Virus record (IMG/VR): IMGVR_UViG_3300047678_000431
Location: 21,174 to 85,173 of that record
Length of the DNA: 64,000 bases
Origin: a virus
Direction: 5' to 3' (one strand)
Shown here piece after piece: positions 56,305 through 64,000 of this stretch (positions within the stretch are counted from its first letter, which is position 1; every line of letters begins with the position of its first letter). The position numbers and the translations under genes were made by a program. A model generated the notes under the pieces. That model was not told where the DNA came from. It was given only the letters and a program-made list of their open reading frames with translations, and did not search any database.

Positions 56305-56555
56305 TGACGCTCGAGGAAGTGAAAGATCGCGTTGCGATTGCGAATCGCCAACGGTGGGCGACGATTGACGAATGTCATCGGTTTTATCAAGTAACCCTTG
56401 CCGCATTTCAGCGGGAATGCCCTCACGAGTGGTCTGAATTCCAAGTTGATCATTGGACCGAAGATTTTCCCGGTGGAACGGCGACGCTTGGTAGTATGAG
56501 CCTGCGAAAATGCAATGTCTGCGAATTTCAAGAAAAGATCACGAATGAGAACTGA
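56304..56555 (+). CDS. CPH-CxxC paralog 4
   Basis: FQRECPH...CNVC. Confidence 0.65.
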   Translation: MTLEEVKDRVAIANRQRWATIDECHRFYQVTLAAFQRECPHEWSEFQVDHWTEDFPGGTATLGSMSLRKCNVCEFQEKITNEN

Positions 56556-57126
56556 ACGGCATGTGTATGTCGGATTCGATCTCGAAACGACAGGCCTCGA
56601 TCCCCTGCGGCACGGCATATGTGAAATCGGCGCCGTCGCGACCTCTTCGCGGGGTGAGATTGTCGGACGATTCCGGGAAGATTGCAATCCCGGCCTCGAG
56701 TTCGGTATCGAGGTCGATCCGTCTGCCCTGGCGGTGAATAAGTTCACGCTCGATCGTATTGAAGATGCCCCGTATATCGGCAGTGTCCTCACGCGATTCT
56801 TCACGTTCTTGCACGATCTTCGTGATCAACCGGTCATCGTTTCGCAAAACTCGCCGTTCGATACGGGATTCATGCTCGCGGCTATGCGCCGGGAGCGTAT
56901 GGACATCGCCGAGATTGGCCGCCCCTTCCGGCGTGGCCTCGATACGATTTCGATCGCCTTCGCTACCCTAGGCGACGGCCTGCTCCATTCGCAATCTTCC
57001 CTCTCGAAGGTCATGGGATTTCCCCCGGACCCGCGCGCCCATACCGCAGAGGCCGACGCCGAGCGTTGCATCATGCTTTTTCATGCGTTGTCCGATATGA
57101 ACGAAAGACGGCGAAAAAAGATCTAA
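56545..57126 (+). CDS. DEDDh 3'-5' exonuclease (DnaQ-like)
   Basis: FDLETTG, QN..FD, LDT, AHTAEADA. Confidence 0.9.
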   Translation: MRTERHVYVGFDLETTGLDPLRHGICEIGAVATSSRGEIVGRFREDCNPGLEFGIEVDPSALAVNKFTLDRIEDAPYIGSVLTRFFTFLHDLRDQPVIVSQNSPFDTGFMLAAMRRERMDIAEIGRPFRRGLDTISIAFATLGDGLLHSQSSLSKVMGFPPDPRAHTAEADAERCIMLFHALSDMNERRRKKI

Positions 57127-57334
57127 GATCTCGCACCTTGCCCGCATTGCGCCCGCGCCGTCACCGGCTTGCGGGTGTTTTGTTTTTGGAGTGCTCGCAT
57201 GTTATCGACTACCCTGATGCTCGTCTTACACATCCTGAATCCGAATGCCCCACCGATCGCCGATATGGTCGCGGTCGAAATGGCCCGTTCCACTGAACTC
57301 GCCGTCTATATGAGCGAGCCGAGGAGTTTCACAG

Positions 57335-57988
57335 ATGACCCCCGAGACGCCGAAGCCCCCAAAATCAACAAAGTCGCCTAAAACCGAAAAATCCGGCGAT
57401 TCTCCGCAACCTACGCGCGCGCGCACGCGCGAGGGTGAGAAGAATCAAGAACGCACGCACGCACGCACGCAAACACGCAAACAATCAATTCCCCCTGATG
57501 AGGATGCCGATCGACGAAAGTCGCTTTCCGGCCCGATTCCGCTCGACTCGCCGCTCAAAGAACCCTACATCGAAAAATCTTACGACATGTACGTCCGCAA
57601 GCAGATGAGCTTCTCGCGCATCGCCGAGGCGCTCGGTATCAACCGAGACACGGTGTCGGCGTATGTGAAGTTCGAGTCGACCCGTCGCAGTGAAGAAAAC
57701 GCCGCTATGCGCACGGCCAACATCGAGCGCAACCTCGAGTCGCTCGCGATCGTGGAGGAGACAAACATCTCCCGTATGTTCGCCGCCGACCGCCGGGGTG
57801 ACGAGGCGCGATACGTCCTCGAAGCGTGCAAGCAGCGGATGATGCTACTCGGCCTCGATGAGGGCGTCGTGATCAAGGATGAACGCAAACATGCAAACCC
57901 CTTCGAAGGACTCGGGAGAGACGAACTCGTCGCCATCCTCAAAAACGCCCCAACCGGCGGCGCATTCCACCGACCCGACTCACGATGA
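57335..57988 (+). CDS. Terminase small subunit (HTH type)
   Basis: MSFSRIAEALGINRDTVSAYV, RMMLLGLD; upstream of TerL; GAGGAG RBS. Confidence 0.7.
   Translation: MTPETPKPPKSTKSPKTEKSGDSPQPTRARTREGEKNQERTHARTQTRKQSIPPDEDADRRKSLSGPIPLDSPLKEPYIEKSYDMYVRKQMSFSRIAEALGINRDTVSAYVKFESTRRSEENAAMRTANIERNLESLAIVEETNISRMFAADRRGDEARYVLEACKQRMMLLGLDEGVVIKDERKHANPFEGLGRDELVAILKNAPTGGAFHRPDSR
57446..57485. repeat. 4-bp-periodic TGCG array 5 (inside terS)
   Basis: CAAGAACGCACGCACGCACGCACGCAAACA, 30 bp identical to the reverse complement of 39149-39178. Confidence 0.85.
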
Positions 57989-59594
57989 ATTTGAAACGGA
58001 TGATTCGGTAGTCGACAACTGGGATCGCGCGATTCCGGCGGCCGATCTCCCGGAAACCGGGCTCCCGGAAATCGGCGGCGATCCGGCCGAAGCGGACGAT
58101 CACCTGCTCGGCCTCTGGGAACAGGCGAAGAAAGTCCTCATCTATCAGCGGCCGGAAACCGACGACGAACTGCACGATTATATTCGGGTCTTTCTCGGTG
58201 TCGACATTCCACGCGTCGCCGTCTGCCCGGGTCATCAATCGAGCTTTCAGGCGATTTCCGACCTGTTTTTCATGCGGTATCCGCACGAGAATTTGCTTCT
58301 CATCGGCGGACGCGGCACCGGTAAGACGCTCGGGTTCGCCCTTGTCGAGCACCTGCTCATGTTCTTTGATAAGGACACGATCGCAAACGTCGGCGCGGTC
58401 GAGGCGCAGGCCCTCAAGTGCTATTCCTACATTCAGCGTATCAACCGTGACCCGCTTTTCGCCGAGCACGTGCAGAGTTCGATGCTCTCGAAAACCGTGT
58501 ATAAGAACGGCGGCGAGATCGAGATTCTCCCCGGCACGATGGCGCGCGTGAACTCGCCGCATCCCCGGCTTGCCTGCCTTGACGAGGTCGACCTCTTACC
58601 GTGGCCGATTCTGCAAGAGGCGCTCTCGATGCCGATCAGAACGAACGGCCGCCCCCCGCAAACCGTCTACACATCGAGCCTCAAAAAACGATACGGGCCG
58701 ATGGTCAAACTCCTTGAGGAATCGACCGAGCGCGCGATCCGCACGTACACCTTTTGCGTGTTTGAGGTCATCCAAACGTGCGAACCTGAGCGTCATCAAA
58801 ACGGTGAAGGTTGCTTCACGTGCCCGCTTGCGAAAGAATGCCTCGACTCGATTACGCACGCCGACGGTACGACGGAATATATGCCCGGACCCGGCAAGGC
58901 CGCACGCGCGAAAGGGTTCATGCCCGTCGACGACGTGATCAAACAATTCAAATCGCTCGACAAAGATACATGGGACTCGCAGTGGCGATGCAAGCAACCC
59001 TCGGCGAAAAACCTCGTGTATCCGACGTTCGATCCGAATATTCACGTCATCGACTACGAATGGCAACCGAACCTTCCCGTGTATGCCGGGTTCGACTTTG
59101 GGTTCACGAACGCGTCGGTCGCGGTCTATGTGCAGCAGTTGCCGACCGATGAATTCGTCGTCTTCGCCGAGGACTTTGCGACCTTGCGCGACGCCGTGCA
59201 GTTTGCGGAATCGGTCAAGTCGGAACCCTGGTTCTCGACGACCCTGAATCGACAGGGTGATCCGGCGGCCGCCGACGCGCGCGCAACCTTCAACCGGCTC
59301 GGCATTGCGATCGCGGCCGCGAACAACTCGAAGGACGTTTCGCGTGACGATTCCGGCATCTCAAAAATCCGCTGGCTTCTTGCTCCACCGGGAAGCGTGC
59401 GGCCGCTTTTATATATCTCGCGGAAGTGTGTGAACCTCATCCGCGAGATCAAGAGTTATCACTTCGCGGAATTAAGTGCGACGGCCGATAAGAACAGTAG
59501 AGAAGATCCGGCAAAGGTCGACGACCATGCGCTCGACGCCCTGCGGTATATCATCTCGAAACTCGTCAAGCACAAAGAGCCGAGGAGAGATTAG
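57891..59594 (+). CDS. Terminase large subunit
   Basis: GGRGTGKT Walker A, CLDEVD Walker B, GFDFG and DDHALDALRY nuclease motifs; start uncertain. Confidence 0.92.
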   Translation: MQTPSKDSGETNSSPSSKTPQPAAHSTDPTHDEFETDDSVVDNWDRAIPAADLPETGLPEIGGDPAEADDHLLGLWEQAKKVLIYQRPETDDELHDYIRVFLGVDIPRVAVCPGHQSSFQAISDLFFMRYPHENLLLIGGRGTGKTLGFALVEHLLMFFDKDTIANVGAVEAQALKCYSYIQRINRDPLFAEHVQSSMLSKTVYKNGGEIEILPGTMARVNSPHPRLACLDEVDLLPWPILQEALSMPIRTNGRPPQTVYTSSLKKRYGPMVKLLEESTERAIRTYTFCVFEVIQTCEPERHQNGEGCFTCPLAKECLDSITHADGTTEYMPGPGKAARAKGFMPVDDVIKQFKSLDKDTWDSQWRCKQPSAKNLVYPTFDPNIHVIDYEWQPNLPVYAGFDFGFTNASVAVYVQQLPTDEFVVFAEDFATLRDAVQFAESVKSEPWFSTTLNRQGDPAAADARATFNRLGIAIAAANNSKDVSRDDSGISKIRWLLAPPGSVRPLLYISRKCVNLIREIKSYHFAELSATADKNSREDPAKVDDHALDALRYIISKLVKHKEPRRD

Positions 59595-59598
59595 CGAT

Positions 59599-59922
59599 AT
59601 GGGGTCACGTAGGCGATACGTTTCCGGCACCAAGGCGATCGCCTACACGCGCGAGCCGTTTTGTTTTGCTGCCGCTCATCCGGTCGTCTTTCTTCGGTCG
59701 ATTCGAACGTTCGATTCCTTTGCGATCTTCGATCCCTCTGGAAATGACATCGTCAGTACTTTTGACGTCGACCCTAGGTTGTACCGCACCGAGAAAAAAT
59801 CGGTCGAGCGCCTAGCACTGGAATGCTTGCGGGAACTGGGCGTATTGCCCGAGGCGCTCCCCGATATGAAGATTCGAGCCGTTTACATGGGCATGCAAAC
59901 GCATCGCCTTCGTCAGATGTAG
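59599..59922 (+). CDS. Hypothetical protein
   Basis: GAGGAG RBS after terL. Confidence 0.6.
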   Translation: MGSRRRYVSGTKAIAYTREPFCFAAAHPVVFLRSIRTFDSFAIFDPSGNDIVSTFDVDPRLYRTEKKSVERLALECLRELGVLPEALPDMKIRAVYMGMQTHRLRQM

Positions 59923-59989
59923 GAAACGACGTCGACACATGCTTCCGGCATGATATGGATTCCATCTCTTTCTTGCCGAGGTATATACT

Positions 59990-60262
59990 ATGCGACCACG
60001 CCGATCATATCGACGCCGTCTCAACTTGCCACGTCTGCGACGCCGTTTCGTTTGCATGTGCAGCGATCAACCGCCGGAGGAGAAGGTCGTCGAGTTGATT
60101 GGCGGTCCGGCCGACGGCACGTATGCGCAATTCGACGGCGAAGGCATTATCGTGAAAGACATTTGCGAGAAGCCGCATCTCTATGTTTACGATAAGGCGA
60201 CGATACATGAGCCCCTGGTTCGCGCGATCTATCGCGGCCCGTATGAATATGCACCCGAATAA
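59990..60262 (+). CDS. GGPxDG-family small protein (paralog 3)
   Basis: VELIGGPADG; start uncertain. Confidence 0.55.
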   Translation: MRPRRSYRRRLNLPRLRRRFVCMCSDQPPEEKVVELIGGPADGTYAQFDGEGIIVKDICEKPHLYVYDKATIHEPLVRAIYRGPYEYAPE

Positions 60263-60293
60263 CTCATCCGCTACACAGAGGACACCCCCCGAA

Positions 60294-60536
60294 ATGATGG
60301 CGACAATACCCGACATAAGACCAAACGGATTCTCGAAATTCGATGCAATCGAACTCGTCGGCGGCATCGGTGACGGACATCGCGACACGATCGACATCGT
60401 GCATACGGATCATTACTATTTCAACCCAAACAATATTGACCCCGTTCTGTACGAAGTGACCGAAGAACTCGCCGCCGATGGATCGTTTATCGCTCGGCCG
60501 TGCGCGTGCTCGATCGTTTCGATTCAGCCCGGCTAA
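60294..60536 (+). CDS. GGPxDG-family small protein (paralog 4)
   Basis: IELVGGIGDG; GAGGA RBS. Confidence 0.55.
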   Translation: MMATIPDIRPNGFSKFDAIELVGGIGDGHRDTIDIVHTDHYYFNPNNIDPVLYEVTEELAADGSFIARPCACSIVSIQPG

Positions 60537-60795
60537 TCGCGTGCGCACGCTGCCGATTGCGCTGCAAAGTAGTTTCGACCTTGGCATATACCGGGTTCAC
60601 ACGCAATCGAGTGACGCGCTCAAGACGCATCGGTTCTTCGTGCGATATGCAGGTCGTCTTATTACGATCTATCGACTCGCATATGATGAACCGCTTTCGA
60701 GAGTCGTTCCCGATGAAACGGTCATTCGCGACCTTATTTTGGGAGCAATCAATCGCGCGCCTGTCCTAGAGATTATCGACGGCGGGCGCGCCTAG
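60478..60795 (+). CDS. Hypothetical protein
   Basis: Protein-like C-terminal half; start uncertain. Confidence 0.45.
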   Translation: MDRLSLGRARARSFRFSPANRVRTLPIALQSSFDLGIYRVHTQSSDALKTHRFFVRYAGRLITIYRLAYDEPLSRVVPDETVIRDLILGAINRAPVLEIIDGGRA

Positions 60796-60858
60796 AATTC
60801 ACGCCTCACCTTTCAACCGGCTCGCATGGTATGCGGGCCTTTTTCTTTTGGGGGCTTC

Positions 60859-61188
60859 ATGGCAAACGTCATTTTTGACCCGTTCACCGTGGGGGATTCG
60901 AAGCCCGTGAGCGTGCGCGTTCATCCGGGCGACGAAATCACCGCACTGTCGGTCACCTATGAGATTACGCGATACAAAGATCCGTGCGGCGTGATCTATG
61001 ATCCCGGCGGCGCGTGTCATGTCGTCAACGACAATTTCGGTACGACGATCACGACGCCGGACTTTATCGACTTTCCCACGGTCGACACGTATTTCGTGCG
61101 ATTCAAGATTTATTGGTCAGACGGACAGATCGACAATTCCGTTGTCGCGCAAATTCCCGTCGACTCTGTTACGGGCGAATGCTGCTAA
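60859..61188 (+). CDS. Ig-like/BppU-like putative virion protein
   Basis: FTVGDS...FPTVDTYFVRFKIYWSDG beta-sandwich pattern. Confidence 0.5.
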   Translation: MANVIFDPFTVGDSKPVSVRVHPGDEITALSVTYEITRYKDPCGVIYDPGGACHVVNDNFGTTITTPDFIDFPTVDTYFVRFKIYWSDGQIDNSVVAQIPVDSVTGECC

Positions 61189-61333
61189 TCGCCCCCTAAA
61201 GTTTCCGGTGTGGCCGCACCGGGATACATGCGCGCATTCTATGCGTGCGTGAATTCACTTGCGCAAAACACGAGAGCCGTCCGGCATATCCGGGCGGTTC
61301 TTTTGTGCGCGCTCCTCGCGAGGATCTTACATC

Positions 61334-61852
61334 ATGGGCGCACCTACCCTAGTCTTCTCGGAGACGAATGGAGCCGTCGGCTCACAAGTCACAACCGACA
61401 ACTTGACGACCATCAATTTCGCCAGTGCCGACCTCGCGTCGAACACGGCGAACATCTTGGTGAATAACCCGGTCGCTGCCGGTTCGAATTCGTTCGAAAA
61501 ATACTATCGCATGAAAGTCACGACCGCGTCGACGAATACCCTCTCGGCGTTTTCGGTGTACTTCTCGGCGACCGCTCCGACCGACGGCGGCGGCGCATCT
61601 TCAACTCTCACCGCATACTACGGCGTGACCGCAACCTATGCGGCCCCGACCGCTTCCCCGAACTCAACTGTCGCAACGACCTTGTGTTCGGCAACGACCA
61701 CCGGTCCGGGAACGACCTTCGCGTCGCCGACGAATACCGTCGGATCGTACTCGGGGTATTTCGTGCAACAGCTTCGCGTCGCCGCAAATGCGACCGGCGG
61801 AAATTGTACGTTCGCATCGAGCTGGGTCACGATTCAGTACACGTATTCCTAA
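61334..61852 (+). CDS. Thr/Ser/Ala-rich putative virion structural protein
   Basis: PVAAGSNSFEKY...QLRV...A..G...YTY; GAGGA RBS; bracketed by hairpins. Confidence 0.6.
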   Translation: MGAPTLVFSETNGAVGSQVTTDNLTTINFASADLASNTANILVNNPVAAGSNSFEKYYRMKVTTASTNTLSAFSVYFSATAPTDGGGASSTLTAYYGVTATYAAPTASPNSTVATTLCSATTTGPGTTFASPTNTVGSYSGYFVQQLRVAANATGGNCTFASSWVTIQYTYS

Positions 61853-61875
61853 GATTAGGCATACGATTAAGCATG

Positions 61876-61906
61876 TGGCGGCGCCGTGTATTCGGTGCCG
61901 CCTTCT
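61876..61906 (+). terminator. Intrinsic terminator-like hairpin
   Basis: ggcggcgccg-tgtatt-cggtgccgcc then ttct. Confidence 0.55.
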
Positions 61907-61928
61907 CGTTCATGGATGAAGGTTCGAT

Positions 61929-62648
61929 GTGAAAATATTCTTCTCGTACTATGGAGGAAAATACCGATGCGCGCCCCATTACTCGGCGCCTGAATTCGAT
62001 ACGATCATTGAACCCTTCGCCGGAAGCGCGGGATATTCGGTGAGGCATTATGCGAAAAATGTCATTCTCGTCGACAAAGATGAGAAAGTCGCAATGTTAT
62101 GGGATTACCTCATCAACGTATCGAGCCAAGAAATAATGTCTCTCCCGGACATTGCATCGGGCACAACCGTCGATGAATATAATCTTTCAGAAGAACAAAA
62201 ATATCTCGTCGGATTCTGGTTGAACAAAGGATCGGCGGCGCCTTGTAAAATGCCGTCAAAATGGATGCGAACCGGCTCCGGATTGTTTTGGGGCGCAAAT
62301 GTACGCGATCGCATTGCATCAAATGTCGAAAACATCCGACACTGGAAAATTATTCACGGATCATATGAAGACGCGCCGGATATGCCTGCGACTTGGTTTG
62401 TCGATCCACCGTATCAGGCGGCCGGAAAACACTATCGCCATTCGTCAAACAATATCGACTTCGCCGCGCTCGGTGATTGGTGCCGGTCGCGCACCGGGCA
62501 GGTGATGGTTTGCGAGAACGAGGGCGCTTCGTGGCTCCCGTTTATCCCGTTCCGATCAATCAAAGGTACGCACGGCAAGACCCGATCGGGCGTGAGTGTC
62601 GAGGTCCTTTGGACAAACGATCCGCCCCTTCAATCCGCCGCCCTTTAG
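61929..62648 (+). CDS. DNA adenine methyltransferase (D12/Dam-like)
   Basis: YYGGK, IEPFAGSAGYS (SAM-binding), FVDPPY. Confidence 0.9.
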   Translation: MKIFFSYYGGKYRCAPHYSAPEFDTIIEPFAGSAGYSVRHYAKNVILVDKDEKVAMLWDYLINVSSQEIMSLPDIASGTTVDEYNLSEEQKYLVGFWLNKGSAAPCKMPSKWMRTGSGLFWGANVRDRIASNVENIRHWKIIHGSYEDAPDMPATWFVDPPYQAAGKHYRHSSNNIDFAALGDWCRSRTGQVMVCENEGASWLPFIPFRSIKGTHGKTRSGVSVEVLWTNDPPLQSAAL

Positions 62649-62672
62649 CGACATCTAAGAAAGAGGTCATCC

Positions 62673-62867
62673 ATGATTCATCTTCTGATCAAGATTGTCA
62701 TCATTTCGATCATCTTCGGTTGGATTGGTCAATTCGTGCCGCAGACGCGAGGATACTACGCGACATCGCCGGTCATCGTGCCGGGGCTCAATACCTTACT
62801 CGGTTTGATCGTTTTGATTTACGTCCTTCGGTATCTCTCCGGCGGCGGATATAGTCTCGGCCTGTAA
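62673..62867 (+). CDS. Small two-TM membrane protein
   Basis: GAGGT RBS; two hydrophobic helices. Confidence 0.65.
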   Translation: MIHLLIKIVIISIIFGWIGQFVPQTRGYYATSPVIVPGLNTLLGLIVLIYVLRYLSGGGYSLGL

Positions 62868-62898
62868 GACTTTCGCGATTCATGTCGATGTATGAGGC

Positions 62899-63177
62899 AT
62901 GGAAAATGAAATCACCCGAGACGCGCCCGTCGGCAGTCACGAATATTTCGAGCGCGTGAACGCTCGGTCGCAGTCGAAGCAACTTCGCGATCGCAATGCC
63001 GCGATCGCGATGGACTTCGACTCGCGGCCGAATTGTTCGCAATTTACATTGATCGCATGGGCGGCATACAAGGCCGCTCACCGCATTCTCGACGTGAAGA
63101 TGACCGACGTGCCGTGCGAAGAGATTCGTCGCGTACAAGGCATCGAGGCGGCAATCCGCGCGATCTTCGCGGAATGA
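62899..63177 (+). CDS. Hypothetical protein
   Basis: ATGA overlap with next gene. Confidence 0.6.
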   Translation: MENEITRDAPVGSHEYFERVNARSQSKQLRDRNAAIAMDFDSRPNCSQFTLIAWAAYKAAHRILDVKMTDVPCEEIRRVQGIEAAIRAIFAE

Positions 63178-63686
63178 AATTCGTCAATCCGCGCGCCGTT
63201 ATCTTCGGAGGCGACTTCGGCGACGTCGAGAGTAGGGCGATCTTTTACGTCGACGCATTCGGTAAACTTTACGACGCGACCGCCGATCATGAAATCATGA
63301 GCGTCTTACCTATCGTCGAACGTGATCCCCGTGACCCGTACCTCTATCCGCAAGCGGTCGGATACCTCAAAGAATGGGCATCGGCCTTTGACATTCCGAT
63401 CGCGATGATTGACGAGATCGAGGTCGAAGCATATGCCGAAATCCCGGGCGATCGTGTCGGATTAGTTCGATACCGGCATGCCTTGACGGGCAATTTTTGG
63501 TTTCATGCGATGTATGCTCGGCCGGATGATGAATCAATGATCGAACGAACGGCCATCGAAGTTCTCGCGTGTATGTGTTCGGCCTTGAACCTTGGTATCG
63601 CTCAGGAATCTTCCTATTCAGCTTCGCGTCAAATTCTCGCAAAGGCGCTTGTTGAATTCAAACGCGAAGCTCAGTCGCATGTCTAA
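63174..63686 (+). CDS. Hypothetical protein
   Basis: ATGA-coupled start. Confidence 0.65.
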   Translation: MKFVNPRAVIFGGDFGDVESRAIFYVDAFGKLYDATADHEIMSVLPIVERDPRDPYLYPQAVGYLKEWASAFDIPIAMIDEIEVEAYAEIPGDRVGLVRYRHALTGNFWFHAMYARPDDESMIERTAIEVLACMCSALNLGIAQESSYSASRQILAKALVEFKREAQSHV

Positions 63687-64000
63687 CGCGGTGATGATTA
63701 TCGAACGAGTCGCATTGCGACTCGATCAATCATGCGCGCAGATTGCAGAAGAATTCTTTAAGGGAATCGACGTGCCCGTCTTGAGCGCGGTCGAGATCCC
63801 GATCGTAGAAGCTCCGAACCCGTATGTTGCGTTCGTCGAGCTACGTGAAAAGCCGCCCGGGGCGAAATATCATCCCCGGGCGGCGGTTCTCGATCCGACA
63901 TACGATCGCGGCCTGAGCATCGAACGTGCCGTCTTCGCGCATTTCACTTATGCAAAATTTGCGCGAGGTGAAGGGTTGTCGGAAACGTTTCAACTGTTGC
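63679..64000 (+). CDS. Hypothetical protein (truncated by window end)
   Basis: MSNAVMIIERVALR... open to the end of the window. Confidence 0.55.
   Translation, partial: MSNAVMIIERVALRLDQSCAQIAEEFFKGIDVPVLSAVEIPIVEAPNPYVAFVELREKPPGAKYHPRAAVLDPTYDRGLSIERAVFAHFTYAKFARGEGLSETFQLL

Larger units (their letters stand above)
1..64000. mobile_element. Myovirus-type bacteriophage genome (near-complete, possibly phage-plasmid)
   Basis: Terminase, portal, protease, capsid, sheath, tube, tape measure, baseplate, lysis and replication modules present; no host housekeeping genes. Confidence 0.96.

Noticed and set aside
57879-57988. terS-terL programmed -1 frameshift at CTC AAA AAC
   Set aside because: terL is in the +1 frame relative to terS and has a plausible own ATG at 57891
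61241-61263. Sixth TGCG array
   Set aside because: Only two perfect units and the periodicity breaks down; could be chance

Overview
The window is almost entirely one tailed dsDNA bacteriophage with a contractile tail (myovirus morphotype), probably close to a full, circularly permuted genome; the last gene is cut by the window edge. Layout: accessory genes (1-11.8 kb: GH-A glycoside hydrolase, Acb2/Tad1-like protein, lytic transglycosylase, HAD phosphatase, DUF3310, ssb, papain-like protease); head, neck, tail and baseplate genes (11.8-37.4 kb); lysis genes interrupted by an antisense ExeA-like ATPase/RHH pair (37.4-40.6 kb); recombination and replication (RecT-like, HTH initiator with internal iterons, DnaC-like loader, SF2 helicase, 41-48 kb); many small early genes; terminase (57.3-59.6 kb); and a DNA adenine methylase. 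I found no integrase, CI-type repressor, ParA, complete tRNA, rRNA or CRISPR array. The most notable signals point to a plasmid-like prophage with unusual maintenance machinery. (1) An ExeA/AAA ATPase is translationally coupled to a ribbon-helix-helix gene and is associated with five dispersed 4-bp-periodic TGCG arrays, a candidate new partition system. (2) A leader peptide plus a predicted ~200-nt antisense RNA sits upstream of the replication initiator. Separately, (3) a fibre-like protein combines a signal peptide, an S74 autocleaving chaperone domain and a C-terminal membrane anchor. All calls come from reading motifs by eye; no database searches were run. Many start codons were moved from the ORF track to the nearest RBS-supported or coupled start.
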